From: a virus
Lineage: Duplodnaviria; Caudoviricetes
Strand: one strand, 5' to 3'
Virus record (IMG/VR): IMGVR_UViG_3300037483_000352
Coordinates: 24,084 to 88,083 of that record
DNA length: 64,000 bases
The notes under the pieces were generated by a model, which was not told the DNA's origin, did no database searches, and was given only the letters and a program-made list of their open reading frames with translations. The translations under genes were made by a program, and so were the position numbers. Of the stretch, positions 31,928 to 42,864 are shown piece by piece (position 1 is the stretch's first letter; each line of letters starts with the position of its first letter).

Positions 31928-34900
31928 TCACCCTTCTGGCTTGGTCTGGACAAAGGTGATCTTGAAGAACCTTATCGGATTGGTGAACCGCTGCCCTGTG
32001 TACTGGATCGCGGCGGACAGGTCACCGACCGGTCGGACCCACCACGCATGATCCACCGGCGACTGGAGAAAAAGGGTCCGGCCGGTCCTGAGCTGTGCAC
32101 GCAGCAGCGCGTGCTCCTCGCGGTTGAGCACGAGGGACAGTTCGAACGCGTCGCCCTTGTAGCCCTCGGTCAGCACGACCGGGTAGTCCTCACCCAGCGG
32201 CTGGAACGCCACCGCCGTGTTGGTCGTGCCCACGGTCACCGGCCCGGCAGGGACGTGCACCCGCAGGGCCATGGACCAGCCGGTGGTCAGATCCTTCAGC
32301 CACCACTCCCGGGCGGTCAGCGATGCTTCGTCCGAGTCAGGCCCGTACCCTGAGACGAACCGGTCCCCGGCCAGTCCGTAGCTGACTGTCTGTGCCCGGT
32401 ACTTGCGCCGCTGGAGGGGGATCACGGTGTTGTCGGTGTAGGTCATGAGGCCGGTCAGGACGTCGAACACCGGGGGGTTGATCTGCTGGCCGGGGAGGTC
32501 GTACCAGTCCCCGTACCCGGACCCGTCATCGTCGGCGTACTGGAGGAACGGCCCGGACCACACAGCGTGTGTACTGCGGCCGGTCCCGTTACGCCATACC
32601 GTGGTGTCCCCCAGCATGATCCCGATGCGGTCGAAATAGACGAAGTCACCCACCTGGCGGTCCGTCACCGAGACCTCGCCCTTGATCCGGGTCGTCCCCT
32701 CGGGGATGTCCATGACGGCCGAGGAGAAGTTCCAGATAGCCGTGCCGAACGGGGTCCCCTGCGCGGTCTGAGAACTGATCAGTTGGTTCGCCCGGTAGAA
32801 GTACAGCGTCATGTACGGGGTGCCGGATGTGGACCCGATCCACGAGGACATGAACGTGACCTTGTTACCGGCCTTCGTCATGATCTCCGGTTCGATGGCG
32901 GAAATGTCCACCGAGTCCGGCATGGTCCCCAGAGTCAGGCCGGAGGTCAGCGGGACGGCCGGTTTGATCAACCCGATCCAGGACGCCGCGCTTGCCAGGG
33001 ACGTACCGGAACCGGGGGTGAACTGCATGGTGACCGACGTGGCCCCCGCTGCCACCGGCGCGTTGCTGTCGTAGATGCCGGTGTACATGAACGGGCTGGA
33101 GGCCCCGGCCACCTCGTCGACCCGTTCGGTCTCGTTCGCTCCCGGGGCCGGTCCGGTCGGCAGGGCTTTGATCAGTCCGACCCACGATCCGGCCGCGTAG
33201 TAGCTCCGGTTCAAGGTCCCGGTCCGGCTGTGGTTGCCGGTACCCACCGTGCCGTTGCTGTCCGCCGTGGTCAGCGTCGCGGTGCGGTACGAATAGGAGC
33301 TAATCTGGTACTCCTCGGACAGTTCGTCCCTCTCGGTCACCTCGGACGTGTAGGCCGACGTGTAGTAGTCCCCCGAGTACCCGAAGAAGCAGACCCGCCA
33401 TGACGTCGAATCCGTGTTGCTGACCGTGGCCGTGGTGATCGTGTTCCCGCTGCCGGACGTCGACTGGTTCTCCGCGACGAACTGATTCGTGTCCAGTTCG
33501 CAGTTGCGGTAGGCGACCGACTGCACCACCACCGGCTTGACGGTGGCGGACAGAGTGCCGGTCCATGAGCTGGGTTCCGACCCCCCGGCCGTCCGCTTCA
33601 TGACCGCCATGCGGGCGGACGCGAAGGAGTCCGACGAGGTGAACTGCCGGACGACTGTCCATCCGGACGGAGCCGTCACCGTGGGCACCACCGAGTCCGA
33701 CACCACGACGGCCGCGAGCATGAGATCCCCGGACACCACACCCGACGGCCGGTTGATGGTGAACGACGTGGTGTTGGACGTGTTGGACCATGACGTTCCC
33801 TTGCCCACGTACGCGATCGGCTGGCTGGCCGTGGGAGGGAGGACGTTGGCCACCATGGTCCCGGACCCGGCGTCGTCGTTGACCGCGAACGCGGCCACCC
33901 GCCACGCGTTGGCGTCGGTGTTGTTGATCACGGCTGACGTCAGGTACAGCGGGGTGTCGGCCGCGCGCGTCAGTACGTTCTCCGCGACGAACTGAACCGA
34001 CGCGTCAGCCGCGCCGGAGTACGCCACCACCCGGGCATTGCGCCGGGTGGACGTGGTGCCGAGGATGCCGTCCGTCCAGGAGCCCGGCTCCGAGCCTCCT
34101 GCCGTCCGTTTGAGCACGAAGAGGGCGGTGTCGGTGCTCCCGTCGTCGATGGACGCCGTGTTGACCGCAGTCCACCCGGCAGGGGGCGTGATGGTGCCGT
34201 GCTGGGACGACGTCACGAACGCCAGCATGAGGTCACCGGTCGCCACCCCGGCCGGAGCATTGAGAGTGAAGTTGGCCCCGGACGATGTGGAGTTGAAGTT
34301 GGCGCCGGTCGCCCGGAACGCCAGGGTCGGGGTGATCCCGTCGTAGGTCAGCCGCTTAGTGAACAGACCATGGCCGCCGACGCCGGGCGGGGCGACCCGG
34401 GAGATGGTCGAGCCGGACCCAGCGACCCAGTTGGTTCCCACGGGGTCCTCTGCCGACGCACTGAAGCTGTCCAGGATGTTGCGTGAGTTGTGGCCGCCGT
34501 CCGACCACAGCGCTCCGGCCCCGTACATCAGGCCGACATGATCCACGTTGTGGACTTCCGCGCTGGCCGGGGCGGTGACCTTAAGGATCACCCGGGCCCA
34601 GCGCGTGTCGGCCGGGGACGTGCCGGTCACCGTCTCTTCGGTCCATGTGTCCGCCGAGTCGGTCGTGCCCGCCGAGTTGATCTGGCTGATGTACGTGAAC
34701 AGATCATCGTAGAAGTGCACCTGGACGGTCACTGTGCGGCCGGTGACCGCCGCGCGGAACTGAGAACGCGCCGTGACCGGCACCTCGGGGGCACACCGTA
34801 TGTAGGTGGTGCCTGCCGACATGTCGGCCGCCGTGGACGCGGTCAGCTTCCCGGATGCTACCCCGGCGTAGTAGACCGACGTGTCCCGGGCGAACGCACA

Positions 34901-35890
34901 GTTCACCGTCACGTACTCAAGGCCGTCGGTGGACGTCTCGAAGTCGGCCTGCTGTACGGACAACAGGTTCGAACTGTCCCGCAGAGTGAGCGACACGGCG
35001 GACCGGAAGCTGTCCGGTACCACCGAGATGACCCCGATGCCAGGTGTGCCGGACACCGTGTTGTCATCGGACGGTACACCTGGGGAGGGACCCTGCACGG
35101 AGAATTCCCGGCCCACCCAGAGCGACTTGGCCAGGAAGGCGGAGTACACCCTGACGTAGGCGTAGTAGTCGTCCGGGTTGAGTGACGTCGGCAGGATCAC
35201 GGACGTCGTATCGCCGGTCACCGTGGCCTGGTACACCGGGTCTGTCACGTCCGGGTTGAACGAGGAGTCGGCCACCTGGATGGACGTAAAGATCTTGTAC
35301 TCCGCCTTGGCCTGAAGGTCGCCGTCCGCCTGCGCGTAGGTCCACGAGACCGTGGGCGAAGGGGTCAGCACGGTACCGGTCGGGGCGTCCACGGTGACGG
35401 TCGGCCGGACCCGGTAGTTGATCACCGCGAAGACTTTGTAGACCCGGATGCAGTCGAACGTGCCGGAGTAGCTGAACACCTGGCAGAGAAGCTTGTTGAT
35501 CCGGTGGATGTCCCAGGGGTTGCCCAGCGGATCGCGCTGGTACGTGGCTATCTCGTAATCGGCGATTGTCTGCGTGGGGTAGATCGTCCGGGACGTGAAC
35601 CGCGAGGGGTCGTCGGTGCACAGCACGTTGACGGTGATCGACCGTGACTGGCTGTCCAGTTTGTTGCACCGGATCTTGATGGTCACCGACGTGATGACCG
35701 CACCCTGGTCGACGGTCGTAATGTCCGTCGGGAACCGGACCGTGCACCGGCCCTTGTTCGGGGGGTTCTTGCAGTACTTCGTGTCGTCGTCGTTGTTCCA
35801 GGCCTCGAAGACGCGGGTCACCCCGGAGCCGACCAGGGTCCACCCTTCGTTGCGGTAGTCCCCGTTGCATATGTGGTTGAGGGTGGTCAT
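31928..35890 (-). CDS. Large multidomain minor tail protein
   Basis: 1320 aa directly after the tape measure gene; duplicated P.GV..GDLM.A...P.GWT modules. Confidence 0.7.
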   Translation of the reverse strand: MTTLNHICNGDYRNEGWTLVGSGVTRVFEAWNNDDDTKYCKNPPNKGRCTVRFPTDITTVDQGAVITSVTIKIRCNKLDSQSRSITVNVLCTDDPSRFTSRTIYPTQTIADYEIATYQRDPLGNPWDIHRINKLLCQVFSYSGTFDCIRVYKVFAVINYRVRPTVTVDAPTGTVLTPSPTVSWTYAQADGDLQAKAEYKIFTSIQVADSSFNPDVTDPVYQATVTGDTTSVILPTSLNPDDYYAYVRVYSAFLAKSLWVGREFSVQGPSPGVPSDDNTVSGTPGIGVISVVPDSFRSAVSLTLRDSSNLLSVQQADFETSTDGLEYVTVNCAFARDTSVYYAGVASGKLTASTAADMSAGTTYIRCAPEVPVTARSQFRAAVTGRTVTVQVHFYDDLFTYISQINSAGTTDSADTWTEETVTGTSPADTRWARVILKVTAPASAEVHNVDHVGLMYGAGALWSDGGHNSRNILDSFSASAEDPVGTNWVAGSGSTISRVAPPGVGGHGLFTKRLTYDGITPTLAFRATGANFNSTSSGANFTLNAPAGVATGDLMLAFVTSSQHGTITPPAGWTAVNTASIDDGSTDTALFVLKRTAGGSEPGSWTDGILGTTSTRRNARVVAYSGAADASVQFVAENVLTRAADTPLYLTSAVINNTDANAWRVAAFAVNDDAGSGTMVANVLPPTASQPIAYVGKGTSWSNTSNTTSFTINRPSGVVSGDLMLAAVVVSDSVVPTVTAPSGWTVVRQFTSSDSFASARMAVMKRTAGGSEPSSWTGTLSATVKPVVVQSVAYRNCELDTNQFVAENQSTSGSGNTITTATVSNTDSTSWRVCFFGYSGDYYTSAYTSEVTERDELSEEYQISSYSYRTATLTTADSNGTVGTGNHSRTGTLNRSYYAAGSWVGLIKALPTGPAPGANETERVDEVAGASSPFMYTGIYDSNAPVAAGATSVTMQFTPGSGTSLASAASWIGLIKPAVPLTSGLTLGTMPDSVDISAIEPEIMTKAGNKVTFMSSWIGSTSGTPYMTLYFYRANQLISSQTAQGTPFGTAIWNFSSAVMDIPEGTTRIKGEVSVTDRQVGDFVYFDRIGIMLGDTTVWRNGTGRSTHAVWSGPFLQYADDDGSGYGDWYDLPGQQINPPVFDVLTGLMTYTDNTVIPLQRRKYRAQTVSYGLAGDRFVSGYGPDSDEASLTAREWWLKDLTTGWSMALRVHVPAGPVTVGTTNTAVAFQPLGEDYPVVLTEGYKGDAFELSLVLNREEHALLRAQLRTGRTLFLQSPVDHAWWVRPVGDLSAAIQYTGQRFTNPIRFFKITFVQTKPEG

Positions 35891-38800
35891 CAGCTCCTCC
35901 TCCCCATGCCCTGTTCAAGAGCCATCCGGAGTTTGTCCGGCAGGGTCGTCTCCAGCCGCTGCACGGCCGCCTCCGTGGCGCCGCGCGCGTCGATGTGCAG
36001 GGTCAGGTTCACGCCCTGGCCGCCGCGTTCGCTGACCAGCGATTCGAGCGGCCGGATGTCCTCGCCGCCGCGCATCTTCATCAGCTCGATGCCACGGTCC
36101 CCGACCACGCCCCAGCCCGGCGCGGCGGACCTGGTGCCGTAGCCGTACCAGTTGTTGGCCTTCTGGAAGTTGTTGGCCGCATTCGGCGATCCGTAGCGGG
36201 ACCGGATGTACCCCAGCCCCCACTTGATCTGGGTTCCGGGGTTCGTCTTCCAGTCCGCACCGGCGCTCGCCATCTTGGACCCCGGGAGGGCCTGAGGGAT
36301 GCCGTACGCGTCCGAACTGGGGTTGTCGGCATTCCACCGCCAGCCCGACTCTCGGGTCCACAGAGCGTCCAGGGCGGGGTACTGCGCGGACCACCCGTAC
36401 GCCCCTAGCATGCCCTTGGCCGTGGCCTTGGCCTGCGCCGGGGACGTGCCTCCGGACGCGGTCTTGGACGGCAGGAATCCGTACCAGGAACCGAACATCC
36501 CGTTGTTGTAGCCACGCGCCCCGCCGCCGACCCGCACGCCGACCCCGCCGGACGATTCGACGTTCACACCGTTCAGGGTTCCGGCCGTGTGACCGACCCC
36601 GGCATTGGTGATCCCGACCATGAACGGGGCCTTCTCCGACTTCTTCCACCCGGCCGGGGCGACCTGCCCGGAGAACGCCGCCGTAGCCCATATCCGTGAG
36701 TTCGGCTTGTTGCCCATGATGACGTTCTGGATCGCGGACATGAACCCTGAGCAGTCGTATCCGCCAGGTCCCGCGCCGCCCCACTGGTACGGCTTGCCGA
36801 CCTGGGTACGGGCCCATGCCAGGGCCGCTTCCACCGAGCCCCCGGCGATCGTGGGGGCAACGTCCTTCTCCTTGACCCAGTTCTTGATCGTGGTGGCGAT
36901 CTTGTCGATCATTCCGGTGCCGAGCTTCTCCATGGCCGCTCCGCTGCCGGGAACCGCAGCCCTGACCGCCGTCTTGCCGATCTTGGCCACGCCGTCCACG
37001 GCGGACGAGAACGGCCCGTAGATCGCACCGAGAGCCAGATCTTTCAGCTTGCCGAACGCGTTTTTGATGATCCCGTCCGGTATCAGGTCGGGGCCGATGT
37101 CCGCGCCGATGCCGGTCCCGAGGAACCCTCCGCCGTCCTCGAAGCTCCGGCCGCCGTACGTCCGTACCCGCTCACCCTTCAGGGCCTGCGACCGCATGCG
37201 CGCCACGGCCTCGTGACCACCGGCCCCGGCCACCTCGCGCGCCGTCCAGACGTGCTCGTTGGGGTGGAGCAGGGCAGGGAAGCCCCGGTCCTTGCCCGGC
37301 CCGTCGCCGGTCGACCCTCCGGCCTTGAATGCGGGGAGCGTGAAGTTGCTCAGCTTGTCGGCGCCGAACACCCCGGCCACCAGGTTCCACAACTTCACGA
37401 TGCCGTTGTTGTAGACCACGTTCACCACGGCCTGGATGGGGTCCCGGACCAACTTGCGGATCTTGTCCCAGCCCTTGCCCAGTGCGTTGGCCGCTTTTTC
37501 GAACGCGTCCGGAATGGTCTTGGTGAAGAAGTTGCTGACCGGGTTCCAGAACGTGGTACGCAGCCAGTTCGACCCGGCGTTGAACAGCTCCCGAACCTTC
37601 GTCCACAGTTCCGCAGCTTTGTTGACCAGCGCTGTGACAGACGTTCCAAAGAAGTTCTGCACGGTAGTCCAGGATGTGTTCCACACAGCCTTGACGAATT
37701 CCAAGAACGTATTGAGTGCGGCCCGGAGCGTGGCCCAGGCATTCGTGGCGATGTTGACGATGGCCGTGACGATCGTCTGGAAGATCGTACGCATCGCGGT
37801 CCATACCGTGTCCCACAGGTTCTTGACGGCCGTCAGGAATGTCTGGAACAGGTTCTTCAGGGCGTTCCAGAATGTGGCGGCCACGTTCTGGATGGCCGTC
37901 CAGAATGCGTTCCATACCTGCTTGGCCGTGTTGATGAACCCGGACAGCAGCGTCGACATGACGTCCAGGAACATGGTCCACAGGGCCTTCATGAGGTTCC
38001 AGATGGCGGCAGCCGCCTCCTGGATCGCTTTCCAGGCCTTACCCCAGTTGCCGGTGAAGATCGCCAGGAACACCATGAATGTGGCGGTGATAACTTCCCA
38101 GAGAACATCCCATGCCGCCTTGATGACATTCCAGACGCCCCGGAGTATGGCCCACAAAGTCTTCCACGCTGTCTCGAAAACCCCGGAGAACAGCGCGTAC
38201 CAGACGTCCCACACACCCTTGACGATCTCCCATACGACCTTCCAGGCACCGGTCAGAATGGCCCATGCGATCTTGGCCGTCTCAGTGAGGAACGTCCACC
38301 CGATCTTCCACGAGCTGGACAGGATCGCCCATGCCGTGGTGTAGATCCCCTGGATGACCGACCACACCAGGCCCCATCCGGCCTTCAGGAGATCCCAGGC
38401 GGCCGACGCGGTATTCGTGAATCCCTCCCACGAGGACTTCACGGACGGCCCGAACAGGCCCCAGAACTGATCCCACACGAACTGCATCCCGGCCCACAGG
38501 ACCGACCACGCCGCCTTCAGGAAGTTCCACACGTTGGATGCGGCCTGCTGCATTTCCGGCCATACCGTGTTCCAGGCCTCGAACACCTCGCCCATGACCG
38601 CGAAGTACTTGTCAGAGATCCACGCTGTGGTGGTTGCCCACGCGTCCTGTATCCACCCCCAGACGGCGGATGCGACCTGCTTGACCTTCCCCCAGATCTC
38701 GTCCCAGTGCAGCGCGATGAAGGCGATCACCCCGAGGGGCCCCAGGAGCAGCAGGACGAACTGGCCCCAGCCCTTGGTCAGGAAGTTCCACACGGCGACG

Positions 38801-40152
38801 GCCGCCGTCTTGATCGCATTCCAGGTGTACTCCCATGCGACCTGAAGGGCGTTCCACACGGCCAGCGCGGCCGTCTTCAGGGCGGCCCACACGGTGTCCC
38901 AGTACTTGACCAGGAAGAATATTCCGACCCCTACCGCGATGATCGCCGCAACCACAGCCGCGATCGTCAGGGCCACTCCGAGCATGAGGAGTCCGAACGG
39001 AGCCGCTGCCAGGGTCATGGCCGTGGTCGCGGCAGCGGCCACGAAAGCGACCAGTGCGTAGATCTTCAGCGCCGCAGCCCATGCGATGAATCCGTACGTC
39101 AGGGCGGTGAGCAGATCCGGCGGGAACGACGCCAGGACCCTGAGGAACACGCCGAACACGACGAACGCGCCCCCGGACATGTCGCCGACTGCTTTGCCCA
39201 CGTTGGCCAGGAACGTACCGAGATCCTTGGCCGCCGCGATGAGTGCCGGGCTGTTGGCCGACAGCCACTCCATGAACCTCTGGAAACCGCCGCCTTCGGC
39301 CCAGCCCTGGAACGCCGTCATGGTCTTCTGAAGCCAGTCGGTGAACGCAGCTCCCAGTGGCGCCGTGGCTCGCATCCCTACACCCAGCGCGCCGAACAGG
39401 GACCGCATCGCGTCCACGAACCCCCGGAACGCGGGTACGCCGGACTGCACCAGGAACGCGATGAACCGGTCCAGCCCTCCATCGGTGACCCACTGCTTGG
39501 TCAGGGTGGCCACCCGCTGGATCTCCGGGGATATGGCCCGGATCACGACGCTGAATTTGGGAAGGGCAGCAGTGAACGCTTCCAGCATGGTGGTGGCCGG
39601 GCCCAGGGTGAACTTGGCGTTCTGGTCATTGAACGACTCGACGGACTGCTTCATGTCGTCGTACGACCGGGCGAACTTCTCCTGCACAGCGGGGAGAGAC
39701 TTGATCGCGGCCTCGTGCGCCTTCTCCGCCTCGGTGACTTTCTTAAGGACTTTCTCGTAGTCCTTGGTTCCCTTGGCCGTGTTGTTGAGCTGCTTCTCTG
39801 CGTTAGCCAGGGCCGTAGCGGTCTGCCCAACGGCAGAGCTCTGCCCCACGGTCTGTTCTATAGCCCCCTTCATGGCCAGGGCGTAGATGGTGACAACGGC
39901 CCCTGCGGACACGAACGCGGACCCGGCCGCCGCGCCGATCGCCAGCAGCCCACCGGCGATCGGTACGAGGGCAGGGCCCAGGGCCAGCGCCGTTGCCACC
40001 AGGTCGCGCATGCCGGGGACCAGGGCGCGGGACGACTTGGTCAGCGCGTTCATCGAGGTGTCCAGGTTGGCAATGTCCCGCCGGGCCTGGCGCATCCCCT
40101 CGCCGCTGTAGAACGAGTTGATCCGGAACGCCATGTTAGTGATCGTCGCCAT
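35890..40152 (-). CDS. Tape measure protein with NlpC/P60 and lytic transglycosylase domains
   Basis: Long Trp/Ala-periodic helical region; GKPYQWGG..YDCSG and ESGWRWNADNP..AYGIPQALP motifs; start set at MATITN. Confidence 0.9.
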   Translation of the reverse strand: MATITNMAFRINSFYSGEGMRQARRDIANLDTSMNALTKSSRALVPGMRDLVATALALGPALVPIAGGLLAIGAAAGSAFVSAGAVVTIYALAMKGAIEQTVGQSSAVGQTATALANAEKQLNNTAKGTKDYEKVLKKVTEAEKAHEAAIKSLPAVQEKFARSYDDMKQSVESFNDQNAKFTLGPATTMLEAFTAALPKFSVVIRAISPEIQRVATLTKQWVTDGGLDRFIAFLVQSGVPAFRGFVDAMRSLFGALGVGMRATAPLGAAFTDWLQKTMTAFQGWAEGGGFQRFMEWLSANSPALIAAAKDLGTFLANVGKAVGDMSGGAFVVFGVFLRVLASFPPDLLTALTYGFIAWAAALKIYALVAFVAAAATTAMTLAAAPFGLLMLGVALTIAAVVAAIIAVGVGIFFLVKYWDTVWAALKTAALAVWNALQVAWEYTWNAIKTAAVAVWNFLTKGWGQFVLLLLGPLGVIAFIALHWDEIWGKVKQVASAVWGWIQDAWATTTAWISDKYFAVMGEVFEAWNTVWPEMQQAASNVWNFLKAAWSVLWAGMQFVWDQFWGLFGPSVKSSWEGFTNTASAAWDLLKAGWGLVWSVIQGIYTTAWAILSSSWKIGWTFLTETAKIAWAILTGAWKVVWEIVKGVWDVWYALFSGVFETAWKTLWAILRGVWNVIKAAWDVLWEVITATFMVFLAIFTGNWGKAWKAIQEAAAAIWNLMKALWTMFLDVMSTLLSGFINTAKQVWNAFWTAIQNVAATFWNALKNLFQTFLTAVKNLWDTVWTAMRTIFQTIVTAIVNIATNAWATLRAALNTFLEFVKAVWNTSWTTVQNFFGTSVTALVNKAAELWTKVRELFNAGSNWLRTTFWNPVSNFFTKTIPDAFEKAANALGKGWDKIRKLVRDPIQAVVNVVYNNGIVKLWNLVAGVFGADKLSNFTLPAFKAGGSTGDGPGKDRGFPALLHPNEHVWTAREVAGAGGHEAVARMRSQALKGERVRTYGGRSFEDGGGFLGTGIGADIGPDLIPDGIIKNAFGKLKDLALGAIYGPFSSAVDGVAKIGKTAVRAAVPGSGAAMEKLGTGMIDKIATTIKNWVKEKDVAPTIAGGSVEAALAWARTQVGKPYQWGGAGPGGYDCSGFMSAIQNVIMGNKPNSRIWATAAFSGQVAPAGWKKSEKAPFMVGITNAGVGHTAGTLNGVNVESSGGVGVRVGGGARGYNNGMFGSWYGFLPSKTASGGTSPAQAKATAKGMLGAYGWSAQYPALDALWTRESGWRWNADNPSSDAYGIPQALPGSKMASAGADWKTNPGTQIKWGLGYIRSRYGSPNAANNFQKANNWYGYGTRSAAPGWGVVGDRGIELMKMRGGEDIRPLESLVSERGGQGVNLTLHIDARGATEAAVQRLETTLPDKLRMALEQGMGRRS

Positions 40153-40546
40153 GGTCCCCGGTCTCCTCGTCGTCGGCCCCGAACGTCTCCATTGCTCCGG
40201 TGTCCATCTCGTCCTCGTCGGAACGATAGTGGTCCGGCTGGTCCTTTTCGAACATCTCGTACGGACGGGGGTACTTCTTCGGGCTGGGCACCGGGTTCTT
40301 CTTGTGCTTCCGGTCCGTGAAGTGGGCCGCTCCAAGGAGGTGGTTCAACCGCTGCAACTGCTCGTGCGTCGCCGCCGTGGCCTCGTCCTGCCACCGGCTC
40401 CCGATCGGGCCGTCCTCCCGTTCGTACGCCATCCACTCCGCCAGTTCGCGGGAGCTTATCCGGGAGAGTCCCCACTCGACGGACTGCCATCCGAGGGCGA
40501 GGGCGAGACGGAAGTAGAAAGCTCGCTCTGGCCGTCGCCGAAATTT
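40136..40546 (-). CDS. Tail assembly chaperone, -1 frameshift extension (G-T)
   Basis: The -1 frame reads FRRRPERAFYFRLALALG...ELAEWMAY. Confidence 0.75.
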   Translation of the reverse strand, partial: KFRRRPERAFYFRLALALGWQSVEWGLSRISSRELAEWMAYEREDGPIGSRWQDEATAATHEQLQRLNHLLGAAHFTDRKHKKNPVPSPKKYPRPYEMFEKDQPDHYRSDEDEMDTGAMETFGADDEETGDHGDDH

Positions 40547-40926
40547 TCGGTCAGCTCGTTCACGTCGTCGTCGGTGAGGCCGTTCATCCCCTGGCACTCG
40601 TCGAAGACGCGGGATATGGACTTGGCCGACTTCTCACCGATCCACTTGACGTCACCGTTGTTGAAGAGCCGGTTGCCCTCCTCGTCGACCGCGCACTGAA
40701 CGATCAGCCGCGCGCGGAAGTTGTCCAGGTTCGGCTTCTTGCTGTTCCCCTTGGGCGCCATGGACGCCTCGAACAGGTCGCGCTCCCGGCCGGTCATTCC
40801 CTTCAGCCGGAGTGACCACTCCTCGGGGTGGGGGTCGCCCACGGGCGCCCACTCCGGGACCGGAACCTCCCCGTACTGCTGGTCGTCCGCCTTGAATATG
40901 TCGTCTCGTCCCAGGTACCTCGGCAT
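40456..40926 (-). CDS. Tail assembly chaperone (G)
   Basis: Located between the tail tube and tape measure genes; GGAG RBS. Confidence 0.8.
   Translation of the reverse strand: MPRYLGRDDIFKADDQQYGEVPVPEWAPVGDPHPEEWSLRLKGMTGRERDLFEASMAPKGNSKKPNLDNFRARLIVQCAVDEEGNRLFNNGDVKWIGEKSAKSISRVFDECQGMNGLTDDDVNELTENFGDGQSELSTSVSPSPSDGSPSSGDSPG
40540..40546 (-). other. -1 ribosomal frameshift heptamer A AAT TTC
   Basis: Canonical X XXY YYZ in the chaperone frame that opens the extension frame. Confidence 0.8.
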
Positions 40927-41038
40927 GCCTGTCTCCTTGTCCGGTGTTGCCATGCGGGTCAGTGCGGGTCTTGGAGGTGACCGGGCGACCCGCACAGGAC
41001 CCGGCCACCCCGCTGTGGGGGTGGTCGTATGAAGTTGT

Positions 41039-41533
41039 CTACCGCCCGGTGCCTGCGCGGCTGATGGTCCGCGCAGCATCGTCCATGACGTCCGACAGGC
41101 GGTCCTCCACGTCGTCACGTCCGGACGAGATGGTCTCCCGGAACCACGATCCGCCGGTCGTCTGCCGGACCCATACGTCACGGTTGCCGTACACCGGGTG
41201 GCGCCAGCCGCGCTGGCTGTCCAGGTACGCCGGAAGGTTGATCTCGTCCCGGTCGTCCATGGACGTGGTGATCTGCACACCGGAACCGGTGATCTTTGTG
41301 CCTACGCCCTTGGCCACCCGGCCGCGCAGCCCGGTGTGTTTGGCGCCGGTGGTCGGGATGTTCAGCACGGCCCGGCGCGCACGCGCGGCCAGCACGTCCG
41401 ATGCCTCACGCACTTCGCGCCGGAACTTGTCACCCAATGACTTGTCCTGAGCATTGAGCGCCGCCGCCACGCGCTTCCACTCGGGGCCGGTGGCCACCGA
41501 GACGATCTGCCGTCCGGGCGTGGTGCTGGCCAT
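41039..41533 (-). CDS. HK97 gp10-like tail completion protein
   Basis: GWRHPVYG..WVRQ motif; position in the tail module. Confidence 0.6.
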   Translation of the reverse strand: MASTTPGRQIVSVATGPEWKRVAAALNAQDKSLGDKFRREVREASDVLAARARRAVLNIPTTGAKHTGLRGRVAKGVGTKITGSGVQITTSMDDRDEINLPAYLDSQRGWRHPVYGNRDVWVRQTTGGSWFRETISSGRDDVEDRLSDVMDDAARTISRAGTGR

Positions 41534-41535
41534 GG

Positions 41536-41757
41536 TCACCCACCTCCCTCGGGGGCGCTGAGCTTACGGGTGATGGCACCGGCCGCCGCGACCCATGCCA
41601 TCTGGGTGCGTGTGGGGAGGTCGGTCCACCGGGGCATGTCCCGGCCGTCCCACGTCCTCCACTCTGTCCAGTCGCCGTACGCCTCGTACCCGGCGCGCGC
41701 GACGTCGGATACGCGCGCGCCGGTTGACGGCTTGTTGTCCCCCGAGTTGGACGGCAT
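41536..41757 (-). CDS. Small hypothetical protein
   Basis: Coupled ORF; MP.W.DLP...Q.AW.AAA motif. Confidence 0.55.
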   Translation of the reverse strand: MPSNSGDNKPSTGARVSDVARAGYEAYGDWTEWRTWDGRDMPRWTDLPTRTQMAWVAAAGAITRKLSAPEGGG

Positions 41758-41758
41758 G

Positions 41759-42175
41759 TCAGGTCGTGGCCCGCGCGATGCCGGTCCGCTGACTCGGGAA
41801 CGTGACCTCGGTCTCGGAGAGGTCGCCGACCGAGCCGGAGAGGGGCTGGTACTCCAGGATGATGCACGTCGCCGTGTAGCTCGGGTTCGTCGCCGAGACG
41901 GCCGCCGCCGTCGGCTTCACGACCACCGTGAACTCGGTCTCGTTGTTGTACAGCGGGAACAAGGTCTGATCGACCTCGCCGGTGGCGTAGTCCTGCTGGA
42001 AGTTGACCACGAACGAGTCATCCTTCAGACCGGCGACGCGCTCACGCCCCTGCCCGCTAAAAGAGGTCGTTTCCACCTCGTCTTTCACAAAATTTATCTC
42101 GACCGACGAAACGTGGTCGCTGAGATCCACTGCGTTGATCGTTATGGTGCAATCCCGCAGGACAATCTTACCCAT
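41759..42175 (-). CDS. Major tail (tube) protein
   Basis: DLSDHVSSVEI..KDEVETTSF; 138 aa; upstream of the chaperones. Confidence 0.75.
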   Translation of the reverse strand: MGKIVLRDCTITINAVDLSDHVSSVEINFVKDEVETTSFSGQGRERVAGLKDDSFVVNFQQDYATGEVDQTLFPLYNNETEFTVVVKPTAAAVSATNPSYTATCIILEYQPLSGSVGDLSETEVTFPSQRTGIARATT

Positions 42176-42177
42176 GA

Positions 42178-42857
42178 TCAGTTACCTTCCTCGTCGGTGC
42201 CCGCCATGGGCTCAACCGGGTCTAGTTCCTTGACGGCTTCTATGTGTCCGCCCGATTCGAGTGCCGCAGCCTGCGCGTCGGTCAGGCACAGGACCACCGT
42301 GCCGGGCGCTGAGACGCCGCCTACGGGCTTGGGACCGGTGACCCGGTACATCCGGTCGACCGGCTCCTCCCGGCCCGCCCTGACGCCCCTGACGGGGTTC
42401 GGAGGGAATCCGTCATCGCGGGGGGACGGGCGGGGCGCGGGAGTGGCCGGGCGCGGCTGAACCTGCGGAGCCTGCGCCGGTCCGCCACTGCCCTTGCGCT
42501 GCCTGGGTGGGGTCACCGCTCCACCACCGCCATCGTGATCGTCGCGTCCTGGAGTTCCGTGGTGATCGTCGCTACGCCCGTGGTCCCGTCCTGGTAGAGC
42601 TTCAGAAGCGGGATCCACAGCTCCTGCATGGTGACGCTGCCGATAGCGAGGCTGTAGGTCTTGTTCGGGTAGTCGTCGCCGGTCTCCAGCGTGAGCGCGG
42701 TCGGCATGACCACGATCACATCGCACTGCACGGTGTGGGTGCTGCGGTACACCGCGAACAGCCGGTCACCGACGGGCATGGTGTCGGACGCCGTGACCGC
42801 CGCGAATGTCGGCGGAGTGCCCGCTACGGACATGGTCTGCTTGGTCCGGAGGCTCAT
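42178..42857 (-). other. Two virion-module CDSs: 42178-42516 and 42513-42857
   Basis: GTGA-coupled ORFs within the structural operon. Confidence 0.55.
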
Positions 42858-42864
42858 GATCTAC

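Noticed and set aside
40153-40335. Tape measure start at 40335 as given in the ORF track
   Set aside because: It overlaps the frameshifted chaperone; ATG 40152 after GGAG fits the usual layout
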